Positions 39,840 through 52,033 of a stretch of 64,000 nucleotides of DNA are shown here, one piece after another. The stretch is from assembly GCA_029939595.1 (NCBI GenBank), contig JAOZSQ010000005.1, forward strand, positions 4 through 64,003, given 5' to 3'. This DNA comes from Thermoplasmatota archaeon (GTDB lineage: Archaea; Thermoplasmatota; E2; DHVEG-1). Every line of letters starts with the position of its first letter. Position 1 is the stretch's first letter. Below the pieces are notes generated by a model. It made no database searches. It saw only the letters and a program-made list of their open reading frames with translations, and was not told where the DNA came from. Made by a program: the position numbers and the translations under genes.

Positions 39840-40226
39840 TTATTTTCTATAATCACTAATGAGCTCTTGTAATTGATCAAGATTACTTTTAATATTTTTT
39901 ACTTCATCAAGTTTTTCATTCTCAAAGTTTTCTAAAATAGCCGGTAATGTTTTTGTTAACTTGTAGACATGGACCGGACGTCCTTTTCCCTTTTTCTTTA
40001 AATCATGTTTTTTTGCCCATCCACGTTTTCTCAGCTCCTGCATAGCTATACTAACCTCAGGTTGTCTGAGATCTGCACCTTGTTCAACATCAGCGGAACG
40101 ACATTCTTCACATTGTGAAATGTAAATCAGCGTTTTAGCTAGGTTCTTAGGCATTCCAAGATCGGCAAATAATTCTACGGCTCTTTCGTCTTCATCGTCA
40201 AGAACCAAGGATTTTTTTCTTTTCAT
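39840..40226 (-). CDS. Archaeal wHTH transcriptional regulator
   Basis: LRQPEVSIAM..L, KGKGRP..VYKL. Confidence 0.85.
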   Translation of the reverse strand: MKRKKSLVLDDEDERAVELFADLGMPKNLAKTLIYISQCEECRSADVEQGADLRQPEVSIAMQELRKRGWAKKHDLKKKGKGRPVHVYKLTKTLPAILENFENEKLDEVKNIKSNLDQLQELISDYRK

Positions 40227-40279
40227 AATCCTCTCTCCTCAAGGAAAAAAATAATCATTTATCGGTATTTATATTTTTC

Positions 40280-40783
40280 TTATTTTTTCAAAAATTCAAG
40301 AGTTTTTTTGTAAAATTCATTTTGAGTTTCAGAAGGAATATACTGACTTATTTTTATTTTGCTTTCTTTTAGCATTTTTATTGCAAGTGAATCGGGATAA
40401 TCTCCCGCATATTTAATTTCCTTAACCCCTGAATTAATCAACATCTTTGCACAAACAACACATGGCGTATTAGTAACATAAAGAATCGAATCTTTTATTG
40501 AGATACCAAACACTGATGCTTGAATAATTGCATTTTGTTCTGCATGTAAACCCCTGCAAATCTCATGTCTTTCACCAGATGGAATATTAAGCTCCTCTCG
40601 TAAACAACCAGTTTCATCGCAATGTTTCAAACCCTTAGGAGGACCATTGTACCCTGTGCTTAATACATGTTTATCTTTTACAAGAACTGCACCAACATGT
40701 CTTCTTAGACATGTGCTTCGAGTTGCCGCTAGATACGCCATCTGCATAAAATATTCATCATAACTAGGTCTAGATAAACTCAT
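40280..40783 (-). CDS. dCMP deaminase (ComEB-like)
   Basis: [27 protein letters not shown]. Confidence 0.92.
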   Translation of the reverse strand: MSLSRPSYDEYFMQMAYLAATRSTCLRRHVGAVLVKDKHVLSTGYNGPPKGLKHCDETGCLREELNIPSGERHEICRGLHAEQNAIIQASVFGISIKDSILYVTNTPCVVCAKMLINSGVKEIKYAGDYPDSLAIKMLKESKIKISQYIPSETQNEFYKKTLEFLKK

Positions 40784-40840
40784 TAAAAATCAAGGAAAAT
40801 GAATATCGCCAACATTTAAAAAACTATCATTATTATTCAA

Positions 40841-41782
40841 TTATTCTATATCATTATTCTTACTTTTTGGCAATTGAATTGTTTCCATCTGAAAATCTTT
40901 TGGAATTATTACATTCTTAAAAATTTTTTGAGCTTCTTTAAGTAGTTCTTTATGATCTAAATATCTTGGACTAACGTGTGTAATAAATAAAAACTTTACC
41001 TTTGCTTTTTTTGCAATTTCAGCTGCATCTTTTGCTGTTGAATGCCCATATTGATACGCAATATCCTGTAAACTTGAATCAAATGTTCCTTCATGAATTA
41101 AAGCATCAGCATTTTCAGCAAAAGATATCATGTCCTCATAGTATCTAGTATCTCCTGAATACACAATTTTTCTCCCTAACCTAGGTGGTCCAAGAATTAT
41201 TTCTGGTTTGATTATTGTACCATCATCTAATGTTACGGGGGTTCCTTTTTGTAATTTACTAAATAAAGGGCCTTCTGGTACGCCTAATTCCAATGCCTTC
41301 TTTTTATTAAATTTTCCAGGTCTAAGATGCTCAATCAATGCATATGCTAATGTTGGAACGCCATGAGATACAGATAAAACCTCAATATCATAGGAATCAA
41401 AATGAATTACATCAGTTGATTCTACTTCTTTTACAATAATTTGATAGGCTGGTTTGAAATATCCAAGGTTTATGATTTGTTCCATTAACTCAAATAATCC
41501 TTTCGGCCCATAAATGAAAAGTGGATCTTTTCTATCATTTAACTGCATTGTTTGAATAAGACCTGGAAGTCCCAAGAAATGATCACCATGAAAATGTGAT
41601 ATGAATATTTTTTTTATTTGCATATAACTAATTTGTGATTTCTGCAATTGCCGTTGTGTTCCCTCCCCACAATCAAAAAGGACAACTTCCCCACCACGTT
41701 TTATTGCAATAGAAGTAACATTTCGCTTAATTGTAGGCCAGCTACCCCCAGTCCCTAGAAATATCAATTGCATTTGAGTCAT
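40841..41782 (-). CDS. rnz: Ribonuclease Z
   Basis: FLGTGG, DCGEGTQRQ, SHFHGDH, SGDT, HEGTF, THVSPRY; start moved to ATG 41782 (41773 also possible). Confidence 0.94.
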   Translation of the reverse strand: MTQMQLIFLGTGGSWPTIKRNVTSIAIKRGGEVVLFDCGEGTQRQLQKSQISYMQIKKIFISHFHGDHFLGLPGLIQTMQLNDRKDPLFIYGPKGLFELMEQIINLGYFKPAYQIIVKEVESTDVIHFDSYDIEVLSVSHGVPTLAYALIEHLRPGKFNKKKALELGVPEGPLFSKLQKGTPVTLDDGTIIKPEIILGPPRLGRKIVYSGDTRYYEDMISFAENADALIHEGTFDSSLQDIAYQYGHSTAKDAAEIAKKAKVKFLFITHVSPRYLDHKELLKEAQKIFKNVIIPKDFQMETIQLPKSKNNDIE

Positions 41783-41816
41783 AATAAAAGGTGGATATAT
41801 ATTGCTGGTAAAAGTA

Positions 41817-42836
41817 TTATGGTTCTTTCTTGACCCCAATATAAAAATAGCGAGTAAGACTACGATGAACCGGAAGTATTATGATATTTTTTAATTGAAA
41901 ATATTTTTTAAATAAATTTTCATAGCTTTTATCGGGAAGTCCAATAGCAATATATCCATTTAATGTAAGAATTGAAGAAATACTTTCAAATGCTCGAAGA
42001 TATAACGATTGTAAAGATTCATTTTTTGTAGTTGTTGATTTCCCATAAGGTGCATCCGTTATGACTGCATCAACCTTTTTTTCCAAATATCTATTAAGTT
42101 CACCTATATCTGAAATAAAAATATCATTGAATTTTATATTAAATGATTCAAGATTTTTTATTGTTCCATCTATCATTTCAGATTGAATATCACTTCCATA
42201 TAGATTACACCCAATTAAACCTGCTTCTATCAGAAATCCACCGGTCCCACAAAAGGGATCAAGAACAGAACTTTCAGATGTAACATGTGTAAGATTGACA
42301 AGAGCTCTTGCTAGTTTAGGATGTAGTGAAATCGGTGAGAAAAATGGCCTAAATTTTACCTTTCTTTTTTCATATTGTTTTCTATCAATGCTTATGATTA
42401 ATCTACCAACATATATCTTTTTATCCGTGATAATAACATAGATTTCAACATCAGGTTCATTTAAATCCACTAACTTATTTTTTGTATAAATTGATGCAAG
42501 GTTTTGAACAATTATTTTGGAATCTTGAATTTGTGACCGATTTTTATAACGTATGGCAATTGTTCCTTCTTCTATACAGGGATTACTTTTAGCAAGCATC
42601 ATAATTTCTTCTTGATTTATGCTTGATGAAAAAAGAAATTCAGATATTGAATGGGTGAATGCTAAACGAGATGAAAGAAGCGGAAGAATCTGATCATTTG
42701 ATTCAATTTCAATGATGAAAACATTATCATCTTGATAAATGATATTAAATGATATTTGATAAGATTTTATTGTTACGATAATTTCTTTTTTTGGAATCGT
42801 TGGATGTTCTTTTGATAGATCAAAAAGTAGATTCAT
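41817..42836 (-). CDS. THUMP-domain tRNA (guanine-N2)-methyltransferase (Trm11/TrmG10-like)
   Basis: RPFFSPISLHPKLARALVNL, DPFCGTGG, TDAPYG, VHRSLTR. Confidence 0.88.
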   Translation of the reverse strand: MNLLFDLSKEHPTIPKKEIIVTIKSYQISFNIIYQDDNVFIIEIESNDQILPLLSSRLAFTHSISEFLFSSSINQEEIMMLAKSNPCIEEGTIAIRYKNRSQIQDSKIIVQNLASIYTKNKLVDLNEPDVEIYVIITDKKIYVGRLIISIDRKQYEKRKVKFRPFFSPISLHPKLARALVNLTHVTSESSVLDPFCGTGGFLIEAGLIGCNLYGSDIQSEMIDGTIKNLESFNIKFNDIFISDIGELNRYLEKKVDAVITDAPYGKSTTTKNESLQSLYLRAFESISSILTLNGYIAIGLPDKSYENLFKKYFQLKNIIILPVHRSLTRYFYIGVKKEP

Positions 42837-42852
42837 AGTACATCAATTCATG

Positions 42853-44076
42853 TTAATCATTGTTTTTAAATGCTTTTTTGATAAGTATAGGAGTTATTAA
42901 TGTTGTTACAACTGTTAGAATCACAGTTATTGCAAGGAATTGATTTTCAATAGTAGTTGAAGATAAAAATTTTCTTGATATAGCAGTACTTACAATTATG
43001 AGTGCTAATTCCATACGTGGTATCATTCCAACTCCAATTTGCAAGGATTCCCGATTGCTTAAACCTGTACTTTTTGCCCCAATGCCACAACCTATGATTT
43101 TTCCTATAATACCAATGATAACTATGATTATTGCAAAAATACCAATTGAAAAAAATGAATCGAAATCATTTTGAATCCCTGAAAAAAGTTTTACCCCAAT
43201 CCAAATAAAGAACAAAGGGACAAAAAAACCATATCCTATGGTTTGTACATCATCTATGATTTTTCTTGATTTTATTGAATGACTGATAATGATTCCTGCA
43301 AAAAAAGCACCAATTATCCCCGATATTCCAAATCTATCTGCAAAAAATGAATATAAAAGAAATATTGCAAGAGAAATACTGAGAAATGCTTTTGGAAGAT
43401 TAATTTTTTCTCCAAAACCCAAAATAGGATCTATAATTCGAAGTCCAATGTATAAAAATAATATGAAAAACATTGTGATTTTTATAAATAGAGATAAGAT
43501 TGGATCTGTTCCAATTATGAATGATAAAAGAATTATTCCAAGTACATCATCGATAACTGCTCCACCAAGTATGGTTGTTCCAGCATTGCTATTAAGCATT
43601 TGAATATCCATTAAAGATCTAACAGTGATTCCTACGGATGTTGCAATTAGCATTAATCCAATTATAAGGCTGTCATTGATTGTAAATCCAAAAAGAATAG
43701 CTGCACCATACCCTAAAATAAATGGTCCTATTATTCCCCCAATTGCTACAAAGAGAGAAGGTTTTCCCATTGTTTTTAACTGATCTAGGTTGGTTGATAA
43801 ACCAGATATGAACATTAGAAATAATATGCCAATTTCAGCTAGAAAATCAAATTCACTTGAAAGAACATCAAGATGGGGCAATGTTAGAGTCAAACCAAAA
43901 ACAGAGATAATCTGGCCTTTCAAAAAAATCATGCCAATAATTGCAAGTAATAAACCTGCAAATATTTCTCCAATTACTGCTGGAAACTTTATTTTTGTGA
44001 ATAAATAGCCAAAAATACGGGCAAATATTAATGCTAATGCAATAAGAAAAGCTATATCATATATCGTATTAATCAA
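42853..44076 (-). CDS. Cation:proton antiporter (CPA2, NapA/KefB-like)
   Basis: Multi-TM; PAVIGEI, ATSVGIT, AVIDD, PLFFI, MIPRME. Confidence 0.9.
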   Translation of the reverse strand: MINTIYDIAFLIALALIFARIFGYLFTKIKFPAVIGEIFAGLLLAIIGMIFLKGQIISVFGLTLTLPHLDVLSSEFDFLAEIGILFLMFISGLSTNLDQLKTMGKPSLFVAIGGIIGPFILGYGAAILFGFTINDSLIIGLMLIATSVGITVRSLMDIQMLNSNAGTTILGGAVIDDVLGIILLSFIIGTDPILSLFIKITMFFILFLYIGLRIIDPILGFGEKINLPKAFLSISLAIFLLYSFFADRFGISGIIGAFFAGIIISHSIKSRKIIDDVQTIGYGFFVPLFFIWIGVKLFSGIQNDFDSFFSIGIFAIIIVIIGIIGKIIGCGIGAKSTGLSNRESLQIGVGMIPRMELALIIVSTAISRKFLSSTTIENQFLAITVILTVVTTLITPILIKKAFKNND

Positions 44077-44582
44077 CCTTCTTCATCATCTATTAATGGA
44101 TGGTATTGAGTTGCAGCATAATATTTTCGTATAAGTTGATGTAATGTTAGTTCTCCAACAATTAATTCATCTTCTACAACAGGTAATCTTCTCAATCTAT
44201 ATTTTGTCATTTTCATTAATGCATCTGCAATGAATTCATCTGGAAATGTAGTAATTGTTTTTTTACACATTATTTCTTCTGCATTACTTGCAGTACCCTG
44301 TTGGATTGATTTGATATCTGGCATTCCAAAGATATAGGATGGCATATTTTTTGGTGCAAGGATACTAAGAGCATCATGTTCTGTGATAATTCCAAGTAAT
44401 TTTTTTTCATCACGGTCATTTACAACCCAAATATGGTTGCGTGCTCCTAGTATAGACAATACATGAAAAATATCTTCATCACTAGAAATTATTGGAAGAT
44501 CCCATATTCTCTTATCCATTACTTGATGTACTTTAAGTTTATAAAAATCCTTTATTAATTGATGTTTTTCAACCATTGTCAC
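44073..44582 (-). CDS. CBS-domain pair protein, translationally coupled to the antiporter
   Basis: LLGIITEHD and RRLPVVE..IVGELT; stop overlaps the next start. Confidence 0.85.
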   Translation of the reverse strand: MTMVEKHQLIKDFYKLKVHQVMDKRIWDLPIISSDEDIFHVLSILGARNHIWVVNDRDEKKLLGIITEHDALSILAPKNMPSYIFGMPDIKSIQQGTASNAEEIMCKKTITTFPDEFIADALMKMTKYRLRRLPVVEDELIVGELTLHQLIRKYYAATQYHPLIDDEEG

Positions 44583-44661
44583 ATAGTGATTTAAAACTAC
44601 CTATATAACGTCTTCTTTTCATTGAAAAAAATATGATAATATTCAACTATTAACTAGATTA

Positions 44662-45774
44662 TTATTTTTCTTTCTCTTGTTTCTCTAAAATTTTATCTAT
44701 CTTTTTATGAATTTCCTCTGTTCCATGTAAATATTTTTCTTTCTTCTTTTGATTTTGTTTTTTATCTTTTTGTAAATCATTTGTTGGTTCAAACCATTTG
44801 AATGATTCTTTTTTATTTCTAGAATCATCCCCCTGGATTATTACTTCGTTTTTAATTGACGTTACAATACCACTATCTGCTACAACATTTTTTTTTATTT
44901 GTTCGATTTTTTTCTTTTTCATCAGAGTTTTGGGAACTAATTGATCTTGTTTCTTTTTTTTCTGTTTTTTTGGCTTTATTTTATTAAAATTTTGTATATG
45001 TATCTTTTTTTGAGTAAATTTATTTGAATAAGTTACATAGATAATTATACTGATTAATACAATCATTGAACCAATGATTGGAGTATAAGGATGAGTTAGA
45101 ATCCCATTGAGTGTGTCTTTTTGTATTCTCACCCTTAGTATTTCTGTTGTACCATTATAACCATTTTTTTTAGCATTTATAGTAATTGTATCTTTATTAG
45201 GTGCTATTAGAAATACTCGACCGTTTTCATTAGTTTTTGCAGTGTTAGCCAAGTCGTTTGAATCTTGAATGATAACGGTTGCATTTTCAATTGCTTGACC
45301 ATTTTTATCAGTAACAAGGACACTAAATTTCTTTAAAGCATCAATTGTATATGAATCAGGTGTTATCACAAGTTCATTTATTTGATGATTTTGTGATGGA
45401 ATCACGGTTATTGTTATATTTCCACTTTTATTTATTGTAAAAGCTTCAATAAGGTAGGTCTTGTTCACAAGAACTTTAGGTGCTTTAATTATGATTTCTC
45501 CATTTTCATGTTGAGGAGTAATTTTGTAAAATATATCATCAAATAAAATATTTACATCTGAAAGGTATGGTGTACCAACCAGTATATTTGGATCGTAAAC
45601 ACTTACGGTAAAATTTGTTTCGGATTCAACAATTGTTGGTGATACATCTGGTATAATCAAATTTTCATCTGCATGTACATTAATGGTACTAAAAATTGGA
45701 AATATAAAAAATATTAAACAAAAATAGAATACTAAAATTTTTATTTTTGTTAATGTTTTATTTTCCATAACCAA
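44662..45774 (-). CDS. Membrane-anchored surface protein with Ig/carboxypeptidase-regulatory-like domains
   Basis: Signal peptide, VTDKNGQAIENATV..TNENG..AKKNGY, TM helix, Lys-rich tail. Confidence 0.75.
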   Translation of the reverse strand: MVMENKTLTKIKILVFYFCLIFFIFPIFSTINVHADENLIIPDVSPTIVESETNFTVSVYDPNILVGTPYLSDVNILFDDIFYKITPQHENGEIIIKAPKVLVNKTYLIEAFTINKSGNITITVIPSQNHQINELVITPDSYTIDALKKFSVLVTDKNGQAIENATVIIQDSNDLANTAKTNENGRVFLIAPNKDTITINAKKNGYNGTTEILRVRIQKDTLNGILTHPYTPIIGSMIVLISIIIYVTYSNKFTQKKIHIQNFNKIKPKKQKKKKQDQLVPKTLMKKKKIEQIKKNVVADSGIVTSIKNEVIIQGDDSRNKKESFKWFEPTNDLQKDKKQNQKKKEKYLHGTEEIHKKIDKILEKQEKEK

Positions 45775-45941
45775 TTATACCCTTTTGTTCAATCATTATC
45801 AATAGCATACTTATTATTTATGTTTTTTTTGGTTCTAATAACCTCAAAATATAGGGCGATTATTAGGCTAATAAGAGCAACGCATGTAAACAAACATTTA
45901 TATATTAATGAAAAGAATATTATTCATTGAGGTTATAAGAG

Positions 45942-48803
45942 ATGCGACCGATAAAAAAACCATTCATTCTTACAGTAATTTTTCTACTTTTCTGTATTAG
46001 CTTTATTCCTATGTTTGCAGTAAATCCAGTTGGAGCAAGTCCATCAGGAGAGGAAACATTTTATTTTAAAAATTTTTTAGATTTTGAGGGATCATCTGGA
46101 TATGATTCTCTTGGATTTATATCATTATCTGAACAACCTTCAACATCAACTAACAATTCATATTACCCACCATACCCAATTGATATTCTATCAGACATCT
46201 CTGGAAATCAAGAAGAATTTGCTCTTTGGTTTGGCTATTTGGCTCTTTCTTATATGGATGAACTTGCAGGTGATGATTTACCAGACGATTGGATGGATAT
46301 GTTTGGTGGAATGGAGATAATGTTTCCAAATCCACTTAGGATAGTAGAATCCTATGAATATCAAGGAAATGAAACTCTATATATTGATGGTGATGTAGTA
46401 TTTAATTTGGATTTTATATCAAATATTGAATCTAGAATTGAAAACGAAGATCAAGTTAAAGTTTCAATATATACTATGAGTTATCTACCTGAATTGATAG
46501 ATAGTACTAATACAACAATTTCACAATCAACACTTTCAAAGATAAGTTCACAAACAGTATCTATTGAAGATATTAATGTTACACTAAATCCTGGGACAAG
46601 TTTAATTTTTACAATTGAGATGATTCCAAGTAATAAATCAAAAACAGAAATTTTACTAAAAGAAAGACCTTTGTTAAGTTCCATTTCAAGTACATTTAAG
46701 GATCTTGTTTTAAATTTTTTGAGTCAAAGTTCAAATTCAGAAATTCAAAATTTTATTCAATTTTATGATGAATTTATTAATCTTACTAGTGAATATAATT
46801 TTTCAAAAAGCGATTTAACAGATGCGGCTAATGCATTGTTTTGTCCATCATTAGTTTATGATTCCAAAGATCATCAAGCATCGGTTACAGTTCCATTTTC
46901 ATCTTCATCAAATAATGACAATTCAATACGATATTATCTTGATGAAAACAATAACTTAATTGAAGATACGCCCTCTGGCGAATATAAAACTATTCCAATA
47001 TCAGATACTGCAAACTCTTGGAATACACCTACTTTCTCTAGAAGTAAGATTTTAGAATCAGCAAGTGCTACTTTATATATTTCTCATAAGGATTATAACC
47101 CCTTTAAAAGTAAAATGGAATTAAAAGTTTCATTGATGTATAATTCAAATGAGGTTACTCATGAGATAATTACTCTTGAAAGGACAATACCTCCATCAAT
47201 AAGTTTAAAAGCATTTCATATCTCATTTAACGACATACCACAAGATAAAGAATTGACGTATGATGGAGAATTATCACTTGATATCCAACTTGCAAACGGA
47301 AGTCAAATTGGCAATAGCATATTTAGAAGTCTTGATCTTTTTTATGGTGGTTTAGAATACAAGTCATCTCTTTCGATATCTTTATCTGAAACAGACCATA
47401 TTTCAGTAGCACATACATCAATTCCAGAGAATACATTGATTCTACCTAATGAAACAGTTGTTTATACATTGAATATTTCAAGTGAAGAACAAGATGATAT
47501 CACCATTCAGAAAAAAGATTCTGAAAATGAAGATGGATTTTGGGATATTATTATTAATCCTGAATCTTTATCAATTGGTTCAAATGATAAAAAAACCGTT
47601 GAAGTATCATTAACTTCAACAAAATATTCACTTGATGCTTATGACCAAGATCCTTTGATTGTTGAAATTGAAATTCTTGGTAATACCGGTTATACAACTA
47701 CAGTTCTTCAAGCAGAAGTCTCTGAAGGTGCTGTTACTTATTCAACACTTATTTCAACACCTCAAAAACAAGAGATACAACAAGGAACAAACCATACATA
47801 CACATTTAATGTTACTAATAATAACACAGGTTTATGGCCTAATAGTTTTATTTTTACTGCAAACTCAGATAATAATTTTACTGTTGAAGTTAACCCTATG
47901 TATTTTAATAATCTAGGTGTTGATAATACTACATCAATAGATGTTACTGTTTATGTTCCAAATGATATTGATATTAAATCAGACATTATAACGTTTAAAG
48001 TAACTTCAAAAGAGAATGGTGATGAATTATTTGAAACGATAAATTATACAATTGTTTCCCCATCCATTAGCTCTAACATCTTTGATTTTTTTGAATCACT
48101 TTCAAAAGATCTTGGATTAGACGAATCATTTGGTGATTTTGCTCCATTCATTATACCCATACTCTTAATTATTACAATCTTTATTATTCTAATTATCATG
48201 GTATTCATTTTTAGCTCCCGGGTTGTCTCTGTTTCGTGTTCTAATCGGAAAAAGGAAATTTTACCAGATGAATCTGCAACTTATCCAATAACAATCAATA
48301 ATCGCTCCTCAAATAATCAAACAATTGATATTGATGCTTATATTCTAACAAATGGCGATAAATTTAGCATTCGATTTGATGAATCACCAATTGTTTTGAA
48401 TCCAAAAGAATCAAAAACAGTGGAGTTTCATATTATTCCCTCTGATATTATTGAACCAGATGACAGCGTCCAAGTTGAAGTTATTATTAATACACTTCAT
48501 CAGAAAAAACCAAAAACTTTGTTATTGGAAACAATGATTAAAAATGGTGTTTCTGATCTCTCTATTCAGGATGTTTCTCATTGGCCCAGTTCATTTAGAC
48601 AAAATGATAAGGTCTTTACATCATTAAGGGTTTCAAATCATGGATCTACTCAAACAAAGCATGTTAAAATCAAAATGTTTATAAATGGTAAGGAAAAGAA
48701 TAAAGTAGAAGATATTATTATCCCTGCTCGTGGATATGCTGAAATTCAGATTCCATGGATAGCAGAAAAAGGTAAAAACGATATATCACTTGTCGTTATT
48801 TAA
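45942..48803 (+). CDS. Large membrane-anchored Ig-repeat surface protein with C-terminal CARDB-like domain
   Basis: Signal peptide, repeated YTxNVTN beta-sandwich motifs, internal TM (FIIPILLII..), DLSI..VSNHG..IPW. Confidence 0.75.
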   Translation: MRPIKKPFILTVIFLLFCISFIPMFAVNPVGASPSGEETFYFKNFLDFEGSSGYDSLGFISLSEQPSTSTNNSYYPPYPIDILSDISGNQEEFALWFGYLALSYMDELAGDDLPDDWMDMFGGMEIMFPNPLRIVESYEYQGNETLYIDGDVVFNLDFISNIESRIENEDQVKVSIYTMSYLPELIDSTNTTISQSTLSKISSQTVSIEDINVTLNPGTSLIFTIEMIPSNKSKTEILLKERPLLSSISSTFKDLVLNFLSQSSNSEIQNFIQFYDEFINLTSEYNFSKSDLTDAANALFCPSLVYDSKDHQASVTVPFSSSSNNDNSIRYYLDENNNLIEDTPSGEYKTIPISDTANSWNTPTFSRSKILESASATLYISHKDYNPFKSKMELKVSLMYNSNEVTHEIITLERTIPPSISLKAFHISFNDIPQDKELTYDGELSLDIQLANGSQIGNSIFRSLDLFYGGLEYKSSLSISLSETDHISVAHTSIPENTLILPNETVVYTLNISSEEQDDITIQKKDSENEDGFWDIIINPESLSIGSNDKKTVEVSLTSTKYSLDAYDQDPLIVEIEILGNTGYTTTVLQAEVSEGAVTYSTLISTPQKQEIQQGTNHTYTFNVTNNNTGLWPNSFIFTANSDNNFTVEVNPMYFNNLGVDNTTSIDVTVYVPNDIDIKSDIITFKVTSKENGDELFETINYTIVSPSISSNIFDFFESLSKDLGLDESFGDFAPFIIPILLIITIFIILIIMVFIFSSRVVSVSCSNRKKEILPDESATYPITINNRSSNNQTIDIDAYILTNGDKFSIRFDESPIVLNPKESKTVEFHIIPSDIIEPDDSVQVEVIINTLHQKKPKTLLLETMIKNGVSDLSIQDVSHWPSSFRQNDKVFTSLRVSNHGSTQTKHVKIKMFINGKEKNKVEDIIIPARGYAEIQIPWIAEKGKNDISLVVI

Positions 48804-48842
48804 CCAGATTCCAAAAAAAAAAATTTGTTGTTGGGAAGTACA

Positions 48843-49721
48843 ATGGCTACAACATCCGATAAAAAGAAAGAAATGGAGCAACTCCGAAACGCTGAGAACA
48901 AATTTCACTCTTTCATAGATAGAAGAAATGAATTAAATAATCTTGCAAAGGTCCTTCGTGATGAGCGAGATATGCTTAATTCTAAACATAAAGACATGAA
49001 AGATGAAATGAAAAAGTTGAAAGAAGAACGTGATGAATTTGTAAAGAAGATGAAACATCATAAAAGCATCAGAAATCAATTACAGACTCACGCTAAAGAA
49101 TTAATTTCCGCTCGTCAAAAAAAGAAAGGCGAGGTTTCTAAGAATCTTCCATTTCGCCTTGAAGAAATAAAAGCAGATATGCAGATGCTTGAATATCGAC
49201 AGGAAACTGTTCCAATGTCTTCTTCTGCTGAAAATGATTTAATCGATCAGATTCGTGAAAAACAAAAAGAATTTAATCAGGTTTCCAAAAAGGTTCAAGA
49301 TCAAGCATCTATTCAAGTTGATATTTCCGATAAAGATACAGCTATTGATAATCTATTTAAAAAAGCAGATGAGGAACATGAACTCGTTCAGAAATATTAC
49401 GATGAAAGTCAGTCTAAACATCAAGCATATATGAAACTTGTAAATGAAGTTTCCATTTCAATTGCTGAGGCAAATAAAAAACACGAAAAGTATATTGAAA
49501 CACGAAATGAAGCTCAAAAAAATCATGAAAAAGGAATGGAGCTAAGAGAACAAATCGTTCAAGTTCGTGGAGATCAAAGACGTCGTTTTGCCGAAGCTAA
49601 ACAATTAATAAAAGATCAAAACTCAAAAGCAAGAAAATCTGTTTTTGATAAAGAAAAGTTAAATGATATTGCAGATGATTCATTATCAGCATTAAAGAGT
49701 GGTAAAAAGATTTCTTTATAA
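48843..49721 (+). CDS. Archaeal long coiled-coil protein
   Basis: Continuous heptads, C-terminal LKSGKKISL; start moved to ATG 48843. Confidence 0.8.
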   Translation: MATTSDKKKEMEQLRNAENKFHSFIDRRNELNNLAKVLRDERDMLNSKHKDMKDEMKKLKEERDEFVKKMKHHKSIRNQLQTHAKELISARQKKKGEVSKNLPFRLEEIKADMQMLEYRQETVPMSSSAENDLIDQIREKQKEFNQVSKKVQDQASIQVDISDKDTAIDNLFKKADEEHELVQKYYDESQSKHQAYMKLVNEVSISIAEANKKHEKYIETRNEAQKNHEKGMELREQIVQVRGDQRRRFAEAKQLIKDQNSKARKSVFDKEKLNDIADDSLSALKSGKKISL

Positions 49722-49805
49722 ATATATTAAAATACGTTTATTAACGACTCTTTAATCGTCATTTTTTTATACTATTGTTTGTTTCCACCTAATTGTGATA
49801 TTAAT

Positions 49806-50855
49806 ATGAATGATGTTGGTATTGTCAGTTATGGAGGAAGTATTCCTCAGATGAGAATAAAAGCAAAAGAAATTGCAAAAGTCTGGGGAAAAGACGGTGA
49901 ACGAATTTCAAAAGGTCTTGGAATTATTGAAAAATCAGTTCCCTCAATTGATCAAGATACAGCAACAATTAGCGTTGAAGCAGCCCGAGCTGCCCTTAAA
50001 CGCTCAACTATCAATCCCCAAGATATCGGAGCGATTTATATCGGCAGTGAATCTCACCCATATGCCGTTAAACCAACTGGCACTATTGTTGGAGAAGCTA
50101 TTGGTGCAACACCTGATCTCATGGTTGCTGATTACGAGTTTGCCTGTAAAGCAGGTACTGCAGGGATACAAAACTGTACTGCCCTTGTTAAAGCTGAGTT
50201 TATTAAATATGGACTTGCAGTTGGTGCTGATACCTCACAAGCAGCTCCAGGTGATGCCCTTGAATATTCCGCAGCAGCAGGAGGAGCAGCATTTATCATT
50301 GGATCAGAAAATGTTATTGCAAATATTAACAAAACATATTCTTTTACAACAGATACACCCGATTTTTGGAGAAGAGCTGAAAGAAAATATCCAAAGCATG
50401 GAGGACGTTTCACGGGTGAACCTGCATATTTTCGTCATGTAACAAGTTGTGCTAAAAAGCTAATGGAAATAGTTGGAACCAAACCAGATGATTATGATTA
50501 CGCGATTTTTCATCAACCTAACGCCAAATTTCCAAGAGCCGCCGCAAGACTCCTTGGATTTACACCTGAACAAATCAAGGATGGATTAATTGTCCCTTAC
50601 ATTGGCAATACTTATTCAGGTGCCTCCTGTGTTGGTCTTGCCGCAGTTTTAGATGTAGCTAAACCAGGCGATAGAATAATTGTGATCAGTTATGGTTCAG
50701 GGGCTGGATCTGATGGTTTTGATATCACGGTTACGGATAACATAAACTCGTTTAAGCGATCTAATGCGCAAACCATCATGGAGATGGTTAATGATAAAAC
50801 ATATATTGACTATGGGAAATATGCAAAAGATACAGATTTATTAATTTGGGAGTGA
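49806..50855 (+). CDS. Hydroxymethylglutaryl-CoA synthase (archaeal type)
   Basis: [40 protein letters not shown]. Confidence 0.95.
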   Translation: MNDVGIVSYGGSIPQMRIKAKEIAKVWGKDGERISKGLGIIEKSVPSIDQDTATISVEAARAALKRSTINPQDIGAIYIGSESHPYAVKPTGTIVGEAIGATPDLMVADYEFACKAGTAGIQNCTALVKAEFIKYGLAVGADTSQAAPGDALEYSAAAGGAAFIIGSENVIANINKTYSFTTDTPDFWRRAERKYPKHGGRFTGEPAYFRHVTSCAKKLMEIVGTKPDDYDYAIFHQPNAKFPRAAARLLGFTPEQIKDGLIVPYIGNTYSGASCVGLAAVLDVAKPGDRIIVISYGSGAGSDGFDITVTDNINSFKRSNAQTIMEMVNDKTYIDYGKYAKDTDLLIWE

Positions 50856-50861
50856 TAAAAA

Positions 50862-52031
50862 ATGAGAGATGTCGCAGTTATTGGAGTTGGTATTACAAAA
50901 TTTGGTGAACTATGGAATAAATCATTCAGGCAGCTTACCGCAGAAGCAGGATCAAAAGCTATTCTTGATTCAGGAGTCGATGGAAAAGATATAGATGCAA
51001 TGTATGTTGGCTCTATGAGCTCGGGTCGTTTCGTTGGTCAGGAACATATTGGCGCACTTGTTGCAGATGCATCTGGTTTTTCACATTTACACATTCCATC
51101 AACAAGAGTGGAAGGAGCATGTGCAAGTGGTGGTCTTGCAATCCGTCAAGGTTATCTTTCTATTGCATCAGGTATGAATGATGTAGTAATCGTTGGTGGC
51201 ATTGAAAAAATGAATGATGTTGGAGGAACCTCTGCTACTGAAACCCTTGCAACTGCTGCTGATCAGGAATGGGAATCTTTTTTTGGTGTAACATTTCCGG
51301 GTCTTTATGCGATGATGGCTAAAAGACACATGTATGAGTTTGGTACAACAAAAGAGCAACTTGCAAAAGTTGCTGTAAAAAATCATGCTAATGGGGTTAA
51401 AAATCCTAATGCACAGTATCAAATGGAAATCACTGTTGATAAAGCCCTTAATGCATCTCCTGTTGCAGATCCTTTGGGTCTTCTTGATTGTTCTCCTGTT
51501 ACTGATGGTGCTGCTGCGGTGGTATTATGTTCTGTTGAAAAAGCTAAGGAATTCACTCAAAAACCACTTGTTAAAATCATTGGATCAGGTCAAGCATCAG
51601 ATACATTGTCTTTACATGGGCGAAGAAGTATCACTACTCTTGATGCAACTGTCCACGCAGCAAATATGGCATATAAACAATCAAATAAGAGCCCTTCAGA
51701 TATTGATTTTGCAGAAGTTCATGATTGTTTTACTATTGCTGAGATCTGTGCAATTGAGGATCTTGGTTTTGTTGAGAAAGGAAAGGGTGGATATGCAGTT
51801 GATCAAAATATTACCACTTTTGATGGTTCAAAACCTGTAAATACGAGTGGTGGCTTGAAATCAAAAGGTCATCCTGTTGGTGCAACGGGTGTTGCTCAAA
51901 TCGTTGAGGTTGCCCAGCAGCTTCGAGGCGATGCTGGTAATCGTCAGCTTTCAAACCCTCATGTTGGTCTTGCTCATAATGTCGGTGGTTCAGGTGCAAC
52001 TTGTGTTATTCATATTATGGAGGGGATGTAA
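50862..52031 (+). CDS. Acetoacetyl-CoA thiolase (archaeal type)
   Basis: [27 protein letters not shown]. Confidence 0.93.
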   Translation: MRDVAVIGVGITKFGELWNKSFRQLTAEAGSKAILDSGVDGKDIDAMYVGSMSSGRFVGQEHIGALVADASGFSHLHIPSTRVEGACASGGLAIRQGYLSIASGMNDVVIVGGIEKMNDVGGTSATETLATAADQEWESFFGVTFPGLYAMMAKRHMYEFGTTKEQLAKVAVKNHANGVKNPNAQYQMEITVDKALNASPVADPLGLLDCSPVTDGAAAVVLCSVEKAKEFTQKPLVKIIGSGQASDTLSLHGRRSITTLDATVHAANMAYKQSNKSPSDIDFAEVHDCFTIAEICAIEDLGFVEKGKGGYAVDQNITTFDGSKPVNTSGGLKSKGHPVGATGVAQIVEVAQQLRGDAGNRQLSNPHVGLAHNVGGSGATCVIHIMEGM

Positions 52032-52033
52032 AA